A stretch of DNA of 64,000 nucleotides from assembly GCA_011109175.1 (NCBI GenBank), contig RDEW01000025.1, positions 217,990 through 281,989 of the forward strand, in the 5' to 3' direction. The stretch's first letter is position 1. Each line of letters starts with the position of its first letter. Positions 24,085 through 37,270 of this stretch are shown here, in pieces. The translations under genes were made by a program, and so were the position numbers. Below the pieces are notes generated by a model that had not been told where the DNA came from, did not search any database, and worked only from the letters and a program-made list of their open reading frames with translations. The stretch comes from Dicyema japonicum (taxonomy: Eukaryota > Animalia > Dicyemida).

Positions 24085-25234
24085 ATGTTACAAGCATCAG
24101 ATGCGGAAGCTTTTTATTATCAGAAAACAGAACCAGAGACACAAATGTGCTATCCATTCAGAGTACTACTATATTTTCGAATGTCGGAATAAAGGCAGCA
24201 TCTACAATTTATGAAGTTTAGTTGTCATTTAATTATTCAGTTGCTAAACTTAGAGTGGTGTGGACTGCCAACAGTTACCTACACCACACATACAGGTTAT
24301 TTTTCTACTATATTGAAGCTTATGAGTGTTACTCTGGGGTATTAAGCACAGCAGGGTCAATCGTTGCGCACTATGAGGCGATCTGCCTAAATGAAGTAAA
24401 TAAGTTCCATTACGTCACTACCGGTTATTTGTTTATGTCTCCATTTTTAACCGAGGCCGCTGTAGTGATCACACAAATGAAGAGCCACGACCCAAATGTT
24501 AAATTCAGTTATTATGTTCACATATTTTAGTCTGTGATCCTGTCATGGGCGACAATGGCCATTTTGTAATCGTGACATCTAAATCTTTAGTACGTTGACG
24601 AATCCCTCCAGTGGGGGTACATAGAGACATTGATTCCTCTTGCAGATTTTCTCACTCCCAACCTGTTTGAATTACAGTATTTGTTAGTCCTACTTTGTTA
24701 GAGTCCTCTCAAAACGAGTCTTGAAAGATTTAAACTCAGCATTCGATGCCATTAACTCTCTACATGACCTGGGTCCTCGTGTAGTGATACTAACAAGCAT
24801 GCCTTCAAGCGACAATTCCAAACTCAGTAGCTTACTATCACAGAAAATTGGAGGTATTTATATTTTTCACCTAAAGGATCTATTTACCGTTATGTCATTG
24901 AGTTCCCCAAAATAGAAACCAACTTCTGTGGATCCGGTGATACCTTTACTGGTCTGTTTGTCTCATGGCTTGACATTTTAGAAGGCGACGTTGTGGTACT
25001 ACAATACTAATTCACTCCTAGGAAGCTTTCGAAAAGAGTATTAATTCAATTCAATTGATTCTTCAATGCACATTTTCATATGCGGAGAGTAGTCTGGGTA
25101 TCATTTATATAGAAAATGGATTCTGCCACCAGAACTTAAATCTCAGATTGGTCCAGTCATCCAATCACATTGTTTCGCCTGTAATTTCCTTTAAAGTGCA
25201 GCAGTACAGAGAATATGCCGCTCTTTTGTCATGA
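24085..25234 (+). CDS. PDXK: Pyridoxal kinase, 9 or more exons (5' start uncertain)
   Basis: Spliced translation: VLSIQSTTIFSNVGIKAA...CDPVMGDNGHFYVDE...ADFLTPNLFELQ...GPRVVILTS...FCGSGDTFTGL...NLRLVQS. GT-AG introns at 24216-24240, 24296-24318, 24508-24530, 24566-24590, 24677-24701, 24854-24876, 24996-25021 and 25089-25112 keep one frame to TGA at 25232-25234. Confidence 0.93.
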
Positions 25235-26106
25235 TTTTGTTGTCTGTTAAGAAATTTGTTGTTTTTAATTATCCAAACTCTTAGAACCTTTCTCCTCTTA
25301 GAAGAAGGATTATTAATTTTGCTCATTAGGTCAATAGTCACTTTTTCACAACCACTTATTAGAAAACTAGACACCTGCGGAGGGCTTATCGCGAGCTTCG
25401 ATTATTTGACAAACGACTTTAGTCTCTTCTGGTCCTCCACAGCCCGGACTTGTTAAGCATGTGTTCTCAATTTGGTCAACCGACTGCTCTGCTGATTCTT
25501 CATCCCGCATGTGCTTGGGAAACTTGAAATAAGTATTATATTATTGCATTTGTAAGAAGAGTGTTTAAATAAGCAGTTTAAAAAATCAAATTTTGATTTT
25601 TTACCCACATGGGCTGTCTCATATTGTCCCCATCTCTGGGATCTCTGAGATTTTGTATTAGTGCCTAGAAATGATTGGAAAGTTTTTGAAAGTAGTGGTC
25701 ACGCCACTTGACATGATGATATTGATCGAAATTTTCAGAAACTCAAATTCTTTAAATCTGCTTCACTCACTTTTTTGAAAATGTTTTTATTTGTTCAAAA
25801 CTTTTTTTAAATTAAAATCCGTCCATTTATCAGGAGTAATGATGTCATAACATACAGCATTGAGCTTTAATAAGTATATAGATTAAATGCTTACTAATTC
25901 AGTTTTTATGTTAATTTTATGACTACTGACAAGCTAATTCTTGCTAGCAGTTAGTTAATTATCCTTCAATTCATTAACTAATAGGCGGTCAGCGGCCTTC
26001 AAGTATAGGAGCAAAGTGCTCTTGGCGCCATTTTGTGCTGCGTGGCGGCTAATTGTTGAAGTTTTCTGTTTGTTCGTCTGTTCCTCCTTTCTCTTTCTAT
26101 TAGAGT

Positions 26107-26320
26107 GGCGCCCATTGCCTGGCTGGCACAAAAAAGGAACATTTGCTTTCTTCCACTTCACTGGAGGGGTTTCCACAGCTGCAAGGATGGACGTCTTTTA
26201 CCCTTTATGTTGATTCCAGATGGACTCTGTTTCTGTAGAAGTGGGAAGTGGATACACTTAATTAGTTGTTTACGGGGACTTCTTTCACGGTGTATCTGGG
26301 GTTAATAAATTAAATTAATA
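26107..26320 (+). repeat. ~210-bp dispersed repeat, copy 2
   Basis: See 15815-16022; both copies end ggtgtatc(t/c)g(g/a)ggttaataaattaaat. Confidence 0.8.
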
Positions 26321-26399
26321 AGATTCTTCCAAATGAGTGCGGAGGGAGGATCAGAGAAAATCTCTACAAGAAAGATAGTTGGATCAGGGTAAGTGATCC

Positions 26400-26830
26400 A
26401 AGACTTTGAGTTTGGTTTAACTTTTAAATATTGAAAGCGAATCTTCAAGAAAAAATAAAGTTGGTTCAAACGGATTGACAGAGTGCGGAGAGCAAAACAT
26501 CGGATTAGGGAGCGAATCGCATGATAGTTGAGAGCGGGATGCGGAAGAAGAGTTTGAAGTGCCTGTATCGGAGGTCAAATATTCCGTAGATTAGTAGAAT
26601 TGGTCATAGTATAGGTGAGAAGGGGTAACGAGGTTGTCAGAAATTGAGGACATCCGATTAGTAGACTACTAGAAATTGGTATGGCTGTCGATTCCAAATG
26701 TTGGAGATCGACTTTGGTAAAGCAAACCAATAATAATCTTCTGATCGATATTCTGGATTCGATGGAGTTTGGTTACATTTGACGGAGAAAGGGAAGATAG
26801 CATACTCGTAAGATGTGAGTCGAAATTAAA
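26400..26830 (-). mobile_element. Jockey/I-like ORF2 3' relic
   Basis: Weak motif SNVTKLHRIQN following a YA..-like segment. Confidence 0.35.
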
Positions 26831-27224
26831 TGATTGTGATCTCCGTGTTAAATTTTAAAGAAGGGAATGTACTAAATTTTTTCAATAATTAATTATTAAA
26901 TTATACATAATTTATTGAACATTTTTTTGCCACGTGGGGCCATGTGGTCCTATGTGGCTAGTTGGTCAAAAATTATTTTCTCTCCCTCCGATAGCGTCAT
27001 TGGTTCCACCTTACTGAGGAGAGGCCTGCATCAAGAGGATCCAACTATTCTTTCTCCGGGGGACAATGTCGTTACCTGGAGACAGTTCCGTAACGCTGAT
27101 CAGCCAGGGTTCAAAGCATTCATTGGAATTCGCAAATTTTGCTTGGTCTTGGCATGATGATACTGCTTTATTCGTTCCTCTTAGGCTGTGAGTTTTCTTG
27201 AAACCGTCCAAGAAAGTCATTCCA

Positions 27225-27470
27225 TATTTTTTCTCTATACAATACTCTCCAAGGTTTTCTTGATGACGGTTGATTGGATATATTCTCGAATTGGAACCTC
27301 CACCTTAAGGGAATTGTGATAGGGTTTGTAGAATTTGCTCACAACACCATCCCATGTTAGTACAATTGGCTAATATCAACTTTACATTGGCAAGCAAGTC
27401 ATATTTGTGTAGCTTTACAACCTCGACTTCTTCAACGTCTGTTGAGAAGTGATTCCCACTTCGATGAGCG
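27225..27470 (-). mobile_element. R4-like RLE C-terminal relic
   Basis: LIEVGITSQ...PIVLTWDGVVSKFYK...EYIQSTVIKKTLESI matches the C-terminus of the 9.4-kb element. Confidence 0.8.
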
Positions 27471-27849
27471 TAGTTAAGTTTCTCATTTTGTCCATACGAA
27501 AATATCTATTTTGTTGTTTTGTATTTTCGTGTCTGTGCTTATTGTTGTATCCACTCGAATGTCTCTAATCCATGATTGCTACGACAAATAACACAATTCT
27601 GATTTCGAAAAGACTCCTGATCCTCGTGCTCATCCCCTTCGATCCCTACAAATAGTAAAGTGCTCAGTGCTTGCTGTAGCTCGATTTCTGCGGTGTTACC
27701 ATCAGTCACTGGATCTGTGCTAATCTGTGTATTCTCAGATGTCATACCGCGCTAATAAATTTAATAAATGAAAGTCCCACTTGCTATTATGTCGCAGGCT
27801 TTGATCTTTATGGCATCATTATCATTACTCGCTAATTCGAATCGTAGAT

Positions 27850-28620
27850 GAAGCCAGCTTCCCACCTCCTTGGTTCAAGATATCGCTGTGAACGATATGG
27901 ATCTCTGTTCATTGTATCTTCCCTGGTCTGTCTTAACATTTTCACTTTTTCTGTGTTACCTATTGAGAATATAGTCCTCCCACGGCTTCATCCATTTAAG
28001 GAGAGAAAAGTTTTGATTATCTTGAAGTCCCTTTTTGAGGTGGTAGACCAAATATGGTCTGTCTTTTTTACTCGTGATTTAAAAATATGGATTACTGCGA
28101 GAGGATCCCAGGATAATAGCACGGAATAGTGTATCAGTAGAGAGGTGTATCTTAGTTACAGGTTTCCCTAATGTATTTCTCTTTCGAAGACTTTGTATGT
28201 GTCGTCCCCAGGAAAAGATCCAAGTCTTAAAAGAGAACATCACTCGATCTCTTACCATATAGCATTAGCTCTCTCCTCCCTAGCACATTCATAGAATATC
28301 TATTCCAATGATTTGGATAAGTACACAGGGCTATCTCTTATGTCCTTCTCCAGTCAATTATTTAAAAATCACATAATTCCTATTCTCATCCCGTGATGCT
28401 GGAAATACAGTGGAAATAATCTCGTAGTCCTCTATTCCCTCGCTATGAGTAATGACATCCTTTACAACGTGCTCAGGTCAGTAGTATGGCATCTTGCTTG
28501 GGATGCAGTTAATAGAATATCGCTAATATACCTTAAAAGATGAATAGTGAGTAACTATCCTTGATCTCCCAGGATATTCAGACTGGATAATCTCCTTGTG
28601 GTGCTCAATGCATTACCGTC
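27850..28620 (-). mobile_element. Ty3/gypsy pol relic
   Basis: YISDILLTAS (decayed YIDD) and EELCDF. Confidence 0.4.
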
Positions 28621-29164
28621 CTTCAGAAATCCTGAGAATCTTCATTTGAAATATCCTATATATTAATAAAGCATTTAAAAAACAAAATCCAAAAATCAGA
28701 CAAATCCACTAATCCCCATTATTTGTGCCAGAGAAATTCCCCATGCGTGCAATCCTTGAGGTCACCAAGTCTATTTAATGTTTTGTAGAAATCCAATATA
28801 ATTCAAACTATCCTCCAAAATCATTTCAATACTTCTTATAAGGTTATCCTCACGTGTTGGAAGTAGACTATTCAATTTTCAAGAATAGCAGACATTAAGG
28901 GATCATTTTCTAGTTCAAAGATGTCAACATCATTAAATGGACTATTGTCTGGAAACATCTTAAATTTGGGCAATTCTTTTTTATATGTAATTTACGCTGT
29001 CGATTATCTTTATTCTGTATCACTTCCAGGTTCTTCCGTGTTTTGCGTATAGTAGCATTCGAACCCGATGTTGGCATAGCAAACATTATACAAAATTTAG
29101 TGTATTCAATGTCTTCATTGTGTTCTTGAATACGAAAAAGGAGAGATGATTGCGAAAGATGTAA

Positions 29165-29600
29165 CTTATTATTAATAGCACTTTCGAATAACCAAAAATG
29201 TAATTTATTTAATTAAGGTTCCGCTTGTGCCGTATTTTTCTTCAGGTTATTCTTTCTCCCACAATTTTCTTAACTAACTTCCTCCATGCTCCACGGTTAC
29301 AGGCAATTATTCTGAGCGTATCCAGATTATCTCCTGTTTTTAGCTTTCGTCTTACATTAGTCAGGTCCTTGTATAAAACCTCTGGCGAAGTTATGCGAGG
29401 TCTTCCACGGAACGAGGTATTCACTTCTGGGCAGAAATAGTTCTCCATTGCTATTTTAGCAGGCGTCATCTGTTTCATCCGAATTTTTTTGGCCAGTTGA
29501 TGCCGAGCAACAGTCGGAGTTGTTTACGATGGAAGGCATCTAGTTTGTCCATTACATTGGTTGAGCTGGTGACGTGGCTCTATTGCACACATGTCTTTTT
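29165..29600 (-). mobile_element. RTE-like 3' relic with (TAA)n tail
   Basis: AMENYFCPEVNTSFRGRPRITSPEVLYKDL..DNLDTLRIIACNRGAWRKLV; tail gaaagtgctattaataataag. Confidence 0.8.
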
Positions 29601-30089
29601 CGTGCTTTTCTTCGGGATCTCTCACTAGATGTAACTAACTATATTATAAATTAGTAAAATTGATGATTTTTGTATATCTTCATCAATTTTAGGTTTTTAT
29701 GATTTCAAGGGCGGATTAGAAACCACAAAGACCGGTAACAAAGTTAGAAGAGGTCAAAATTTTGATTATTAACGTTAAATGATATTTTGAGAATCAATCC
29801 AAGGACCACGTTCAGGGTACCCAAAATAAAAGGTCGAGACTTGTATTTATGTTAAAATAAGAATTCGGGGATCTTTGTGAGGTTGATGCCACAAAGGATA
29901 GTAGATTACATAGAATCAGTTAAATTGTAGTAACAGAAAATCCAAATTAAGAGAATCTATGATGACAAAATATATTATTTTTAACTGAAATCCGGGATAT
30001 TTAAAAAACATTTATAATTTAACACAATATAAAATTCAAATTAAAATTTAATAAATAATTTTTTCGAAAAAAGGTTTATTTATTAAAAC

Positions 30090-30696
30090 ACTAGAATCGT
30101 TTGGATCCCCACTGAGAGACACATCATAAAAAGGAAAACAATTGCAAGAGTAGCAATGTAAAAACTCAAAAAGGGATGGCTGAAGGTATTTGATGTTGAA
30201 TGCATTTTGAAACCAATATAAAATACTGGTACTTCGGCCTGTTCGAGTTCTGAATCCATGGCTCTCGATGCGTTTCACAGAAAACAGCTTAGAGTGTTAT
30301 TTGGCATGCAATGGCCTGCCAGAATCTCGAATGTTGGAATTTATAAAAAATGCAAGAGTAGGTTTCTAAGCCCGGACATCACTGACGCCCAGTAGAGACT
30401 ATTCGGACTCATCCTGCGTATGAATCTTGCTGCCCCAGCGAATGTGGCGATGGACGGTCACTTCATGTTCGAGGGGAAATGCTTCCGAGACTTAATAAGG
30501 ATAATACTCTCTATCATACAGCAAAAGACCTCCAAAGAGTTAGTGAAGCCTAAAGACAAAAGACGATCTGGACGAGCTGAGATCAATTGCATGTAACTGT
30601 GGAGGATGGAAGAGACTAACTAATAAAACTGTTTCTTCTGTTGCACATGGTTTGCTATAACCATTATGGCAAGGCCATAAGTGCTTATAATAATAG
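30090..30696 (+). mobile_element. RTE-like 3' relic with (TAA)n tail
   Basis: Nucleotide similarity to 16100-16260; tail aagtgcttataataat. Confidence 0.75.
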
Positions 30697-31779
30697 AATC
30701 ACCGACAAATTAGAAGGAAATAAGTGACCGACTGGTGATCCCGGCGTCCTTAAGCATTCGTATCATATTTGTTTTGTGTTCGTCCAGAGAACCGATGCAC
30801 TTCCTGTGATAATGTCAACAGCGATGATTTTGTTGAGGACAGAAAAGATTAAGCGTTATCTGTAACAATCTTTTTTTAGAAAGTAATGAGCGTTATCGTG
30901 TAACACATCTTCCTCCGCCATGGTCAGAGGGACGATCCATTCTGAAAACTGAGTATCTCGGAAATATTAGTAGCTTAAAATAAATATTAGTATCTTCTAA
31001 TTTTTTTCACATTTCCGACAGTTCTCCATTGTGTCATGTCGTGTATATACAAACTGAACAGTGTTGGTGATAGAGCGGATCCTTGGGGCACCCCATTTGA
31101 GAGAAAGCGTTTCCTCGATTTCACGTAGTTGCACATTACTTTCCCACGCCTTTCGCTCAGAAATTTAAGTATATTCGAGTCTCGATTGCATCATTTAATT
31201 TCATTGGTGATCTTTTACCAAAAAAGCTAGAGAGTGGAAACCATTGTCCTAGGATCAGTTAAAAACACTCCCTCATTTCCCATAAGCATATGACTTAGGG
31301 CTTAGTTTGTGTCGTACTTGAAAGACTGCTCCCTCAAAAGAACTTTCTGGAGATACATAACAAAAAAGCACCTTGTTATATTAAATCCAACCAAATTTTA
31401 AATTTAATTTAGCCTTCTGAACGGGTATCAAGGTCCGCGTCCCAACGGTAGGGTGCTGCCGGTTCTGTACATTCCGTTTGAGATACAAATCCCAAGGTCG
31501 GGGTTAGACGCAGAGAAAGTTTCCAACTAAGTGATCGCATATAATAGAAGTGTCTTAGATTTGGTTGGAGTATGACGTCTAAGAAAGAAGACGAGAGGTT
31601 GCATCCACATTGAGGAGATAAAGATAAACCTACCATTAAGCACATTATAGTCAATGATAGTCATCTTAGTTACTATGAACTCAAAACTCTTGTCGAAAAC
31701 CTCTGGATTATATTTCAATTTGTCGTGTCCTACTGTTAGAAAAAATACAAGGACAAACCTTCTCTAGAAAAGACTCTTA

Positions 31780-32340
31780 GAGCCGACAACTGGATTAAGG
31801 AAACTAGAAAAATCACTTTGACACGTTATATTATTTCCAGACTTCAGAGAACTCAGCCCACAAGAAATGATAGCAGGATGTAGTTTTTGTTGGCGGACTG
31901 TTTCATATCAATAAATAGATGATCCAAAGGGTCACCAAAGACCAAGTGAAACAGAGTGGCTTCGAGAGCATATCTCGATAGCTATTGTTAGAGGAAACTG
32001 CATCACCATTCAAGCTTCCTAAGTTAACTCTAAACTAACAATATTTTGGTTTTTTGTTTTTTATCACCGGATAATTAAATATGCGAGCATTTTTAGGACT
32101 GTTTCGATTTATTCCGTACAAAGGACAGTAGACCTTATCTATGTCTTCTTCGTTCTTCAATAGTTTTTTTAAAGTACTTATACCTTTCAAGATGATGAAC
32201 GCGTACGTATTGGAATCTCATTGGGATCACTTTCTGAAAAAATTCTCATGGATTGACAAAACGTATCAGTGAGGTCAACTTAAGGAGCATTTGCGTGTGA
32301 GGTGTGAAACCCTCCGTTAGGAAACGAGCATATGTTTGTC
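31780..32340 (+). mobile_element. CRE-like 3' relics
   Basis: ETEWLREHISIAIVRGNCITIQAS*; DDERVRIGISLG. Confidence 0.6.
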
Positions 32341-33399
32341 GGGGATGAATAGTTAGTTGTTAAATTTTAATTTAAATAAAATCAATGGACTAAACGGATA
32401 TCTGGGAGTTCTTAATGTTCTTAGAGAATGAAGAAGTATTTACGCGAATCAAGATTATCAGTGACATACGCATTTCTTTCACATGCTCTTCGTGGATCTA
32501 TCCGTCGATGCTATTGAAGTTACTCAGTAAATTATACTCAGTCTCAGACACGAAAAATTTGAGAATATCCACCTACAAAGTAAAATGAGGTATATAAATT
32601 TAAATTTACCACAAAAAATACAAGGTAATGCAATTTTCTTACATTAGCGTTGATACACCAGTTAATCAGGAGCCAACTATAACTTTGCTATACAATCTGG
32701 GTATGCAGTCCACAAGAGTTCAATGCACCTCGCTTGTGTTACCTACGCTTGCATGTTGGAACTTATCGTTTTTTTCACAATAGAAGTGAAATGAGGTTAC
32801 ATCTTTAAATAATGAAGACATTTCGTGCAATATAGGCCAAACATCGACCAAAAACTTGACTAGATAATTCCACGTAATGGTCAGATAATGAACGTAGAAT
32901 TGAAGAATTTCTTAGTCATTAAATTAACTAAATATCACCAAAGGCTCACGACAATAAAGATAAGCTTATTTTAGAAGACAACCTCAGAGTTGATATCCAA
33001 TATAAATTCTCTTGCGATTGCAAATCTCCTTGTGACGTGAGACTCCTTTCGTTAATAGAGACGCCTCCCCGTTATTTGCGTCAAAAAGTTCCTAGAAGAT
33101 CAAACATGAAAAAAACTTTCTTTAATTTGCTTTCCTATTTTCATTATTTCGTTTACTTTTTTTTAATCCAAGTTCGATTTTTTGACAGATGTAAAATTTC
33201 TGGAGTGTTCTTTAGATGTCAGTGAAGATTCATTTTATGCATTTTTAGGTTGGCTGGTTATACCTTAGAAAGTCAGACATTCTTTAAATTGACTGTTGAG
33301 TGACTTGAATAGTACGAAAAGGGATTGATTTTTGCTTGACTTAGAGTCTAAATTATCTACGTGTGTGTTACAACAAAGATGGGTAAAAAGTGATTCTGA

Positions 33400-34020
33400 A
33401 AATTTTTGGGTGTTTGTTCACTTGAAAACTGGTTATGTGTGGAGTAGGACTACGGTTTAATTGCTCTTGGTCTGCAGTAAATAGAGTTACTGAGCATTTG
33501 CTAGTGAAATAGTAATCCAATTCGAAGATTTAGCGGATTTTAAGTTAGAATTTGAGTGTGGAGCATTTAACTGAGGCGGAGATTAAAAAGGAGGAGAGGA
33601 CTGAAAATCAACATGTGAAAAAATTGCTGAACCGAGAAATTGAAGTGTAAACAGGTTTGACCAGTCTCTCACAGAAAACTCTCACAAATCTCTGATTCCA
33701 ATGAGAGAATAGTTTGTTGGAGGGATTTTGCTAGCTAAGCAAGGAGGTATAATGATCGACTTTCTCTGAACATTTGTACCCAGACTACAAAATTCGAGTT
33801 GAGTGCATCAAATCCGTTGGGTCCAAAATGATACAAATGGAGAATACAAGGATTTTGGCAGAATTTAGACCTTTTTTGATTGAACGTTGATTTCGACTTA
33901 TTTTTTCCCAGATTTTTACAAACTTTCTGTAATCTCGTTGTTTTGTTTGCAATAATTAAATCGGCAGCAAATAAATCATTAAAAAATATGTCCATGGTTT
34001 GACAAAAATTTGATTCAATC
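33400..34020 (-). mobile_element. Non-LTR RT relic (Jockey/CR1-type)
   Basis: IFFNDLFAADLIIANKTTRLQKVC..FNQKRSK resembles RT domains 5-6. Confidence 0.35.
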
Positions 34021-36099
34021 GTAAAAACATATTAACTAATTCTTGGACTCTGACACGTTCCAGTAGAACCCCACGTATCGAATCAACCTAACTCAGTAGA
34101 TCTCTAATATCAAGCCGTCACACAAAAGGATTCATATCTTCATTCAACCTGGAGAATATTTCGATTCCTGGCGACAAGTTGCTTCAGCTTACTAAACAAT
34201 TTTCTTACTGAACGATTCTTGGCGACAAGTTCTGGGATTGTCTCAACTTACTGAACAATTTCCTTTGGATTACTTTGCTTGGTAACTCCAAGGAAACGAT
34301 TATTTTGTCAACGATGTAACTAACCACGATAACAACACCCTTGGAATTCATGATCCGAAGGAATAACGGAGGAGGAATGATCCAACGTGATCAGGAGATA
34401 ACCTGACCCTAACAAGAGCACTGAGCCAAGCTGATTAATAAGCGAGTCATCAAACATGGTTGTACTATGTGGTGCTGGAGTTTTCGTTTCTTGCGGAATT
34501 CTTGATTTACGTTCGAGAAACAGTATCTACTGAAAGATCGGACGGAGTATCCTGAGAATCGAATGGTTAACAACACCATTCACATTCTGTATCAATATTT
34601 TTCAAATTTTCCCGTTTGTTGTATTTTACATTATGCAGCGTAGAAAAACCTGTCTCGCATAAATATGTCGTTGAAAAGTGTAAAATAATCGTCAGTGCTT
34701 GTGTAGATAATCTGGGATATATGCTACGAACATATTTTTTGAAATTTATTGGAATAGTCCGGATGCTTGGAAGTAAAATGTCTATTTAGTTGCTAGGAAC
34801 CATTTATTTAAATTTGTATTTGGCTGGCGGCACACCGTTTGACAATCGGTTTACAACCTTAAATTATTAACTCTTTTTGATGCGTGTATATTACTCTGAA
34901 AATTCGGTTTCATTCAAAAGTTATTTTCTTAAGGGATAGATGGAATACCGATAATCTTAATAAAAAGCTAGGTCCCCTCACTCTCATAGTTTTACTTTTC
35001 CATCAACATCGACACTTCACTGTTTCGCTTTTGTATTTTATCACCATTCCGACTTCCCAAATACCGATTATGCAGTACACTAAATATTGAAGAGTACTAG
35101 ACCCTATAGTTGACCTCAACAAATAACAGAGGATGTACATTTACTAAGCCACAACAGGTCTACCATATTCGACAGTCTGACGGTTAACCAACCAAAGCCG
35201 CTAAGATTATTTAAAAGTAGATTGGTATCTGGTTGTATACTCAACCACTGACTTCGTAACCAAATAATAACACGTGACCTATGTTACAAAATAAATCGAA
35301 TTATGATTATATAAAATTAAATAAAATAGACACGTGACCACGAATGAATTCAGAATAATTAATAACAAATTTAAAGGTTAACGTGAGGCACCGGGCTTTT
35401 CTGCGCTATTTTTTAATGACAGATTTTTTAACGCTTCAGACAAACTGGAAGGTGTAACCGGGGTGTTGTCATGAGCTCCTTCCACGTGGAGAATGTTGGA
35501 ATTACGAAGTAAGTCATCTGTTGAGTCTCCTCCATTTATAAATTCAGAGAGGGCTTTCTAGGTTTTGAAATGAAGCGGTACTTTATAATTCCAATTTGAT
35601 CGCTCTAACAATTCCCGAGATCGATCATCACCAGCACCTGTAGAGCACTAAACATATATATCATTATCAATTTTATCAATTCCTTCTCCGATTCCGTCAT
35701 TCTGAATACTTAATAACACAATGGTGATGTTGTATTGTATCAATTAGTTTTTTGTGTTTGCCAATAAAAATAATATAATTTTAATATTAAATTTTAATAT
35801 TATAAAAATAATTTATTTCTATATTTATTCAATTAAATTTTATGTAAGTCATAAATTAACGTCAGATTGCCAATTTCCTACATGTTAGCGAAACTGGGGG
35901 TAATAATTTAATTTAACGTCAGTTTTTTAAATCGAATTTATTTTTTGTCTTTTTATAATTTTTAAATAAGTTTCATTTATTTAATCGTCGACCTTATTCA
36001 AATTGATTTTCGATTTCACGATGTTAATTTATGACTAATTTTATGTAGTTTTAAAGGATTTTATGGTTAATTTAAAATGATAAGTTACAAAAAGAGAGA

Positions 36100-37270
36100 A
36101 AAAATGAAAAATCAGCAAGAAGATGAGATCTTCGAAAAATCACATATAAACAAAAGAAAACGGATGATCCCCTACACTGCCTGTTCGTGTGGATTTCACA
36201 TGTCCTGTGTCGGAATGACTAAAAGAACCCTGGCATTGTCAGTCATGCCTGCTACCAGAGAATACGACATCATCGACTCTACGCTATCTTTCTGAACAAT
36301 GTCATTTGATTATCATTAAATACTTGAATTGATTTCAAACCTGACACACACGTGAGTACTCCTGCTCAGAATTCCCAAAGCTGCCCATGTATCTGTCACA
36401 GACTGCCTATGTGAATGTATTGAAAGGGCAATCTCTGAGGATTGGGTAGGATTATTATTCTTCGCTCCATTCACACTATGCGTACCCCATAGGAGGGGGA
36501 AAGAAGAGAAATCACTCACGTCCATAGTAATAGAAAATGTCAACACATTCTCCTCTGGGAACTTATTGGTTGACTCCTAAAAGCTTACGTACAGAGTCCA
36601 AAACTATGAGAAGCAAACGTCGATAGTCTCGGATATAAAAGATTACAAAGTGCAATAGCTTTCTGAAGGTGGAATCCTTACTGCTGTGAGGATTCTTCAA
36701 GATCAGAACCGTATACTTCAACCACCCGAACAGTCCTACGCAGCACTCGTTGAGCGACACCAGAGTCTCCCATACGATTATAGTAAACCTCCTTCAATTC
36801 CAAGAATTGTTGTGGCAGTTTGAAATTTTTGCTAAATAGCCCAATACCACCTATATCAACCGTAAACCTCCAAGTTTTGAAGCCACTCTGACTTTGAAGC
36901 AGTCAATCAAACTTTATTTAAAAAACACAAAAATCAATCATAATGATACCCGCCGACATAATTGACGTTGCGCTGTTTCTCATGATTGCAACAGAGATCA
37001 ACTGGAGAAACCACTGAGTGCGTCGTGACCTTTTAGTGTAGCCAGACGTCCCAGCTTCTTTAGGAAACGAAGAAATTTCCAGCTTATTCCTTCAGTTGTC
37101 TCAACTACTAAGGTGGCAAAAAGTGAACCGATCGTGTAGCTCTTCGTATTTCTTATCCTTTGCTTACATTTTCAATCGGCCTGACAAGCTTATTTCCTTT
37201 CTGAATTAGTGTAAGTAATCCTTCCATAACCAGAGCCGGCATTATGGGAAAGTTCTATAAATACCATTAA
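36100..37270 (-). mobile_element. Two adjacent CRE-like relics
   Basis: KLGGL-like thumb motif; VETT..RFLKKLGRLAT; QWFLQLISVAIMRNSA. Confidence 0.55.

Noticed and set aside
25165-25520. Small minus-strand gene convergent with PDXK (MRDEESAEQSVDQ...)
   Set aside because: No consistent splice model or homology could be established
28700-29150. Possible decayed host gene on the minus strand (KKELPKFKMFPDNSPFNDVDIFELENDPL)
   Set aside because: Looks coding-like, but no family could be recognised and the frame is broken
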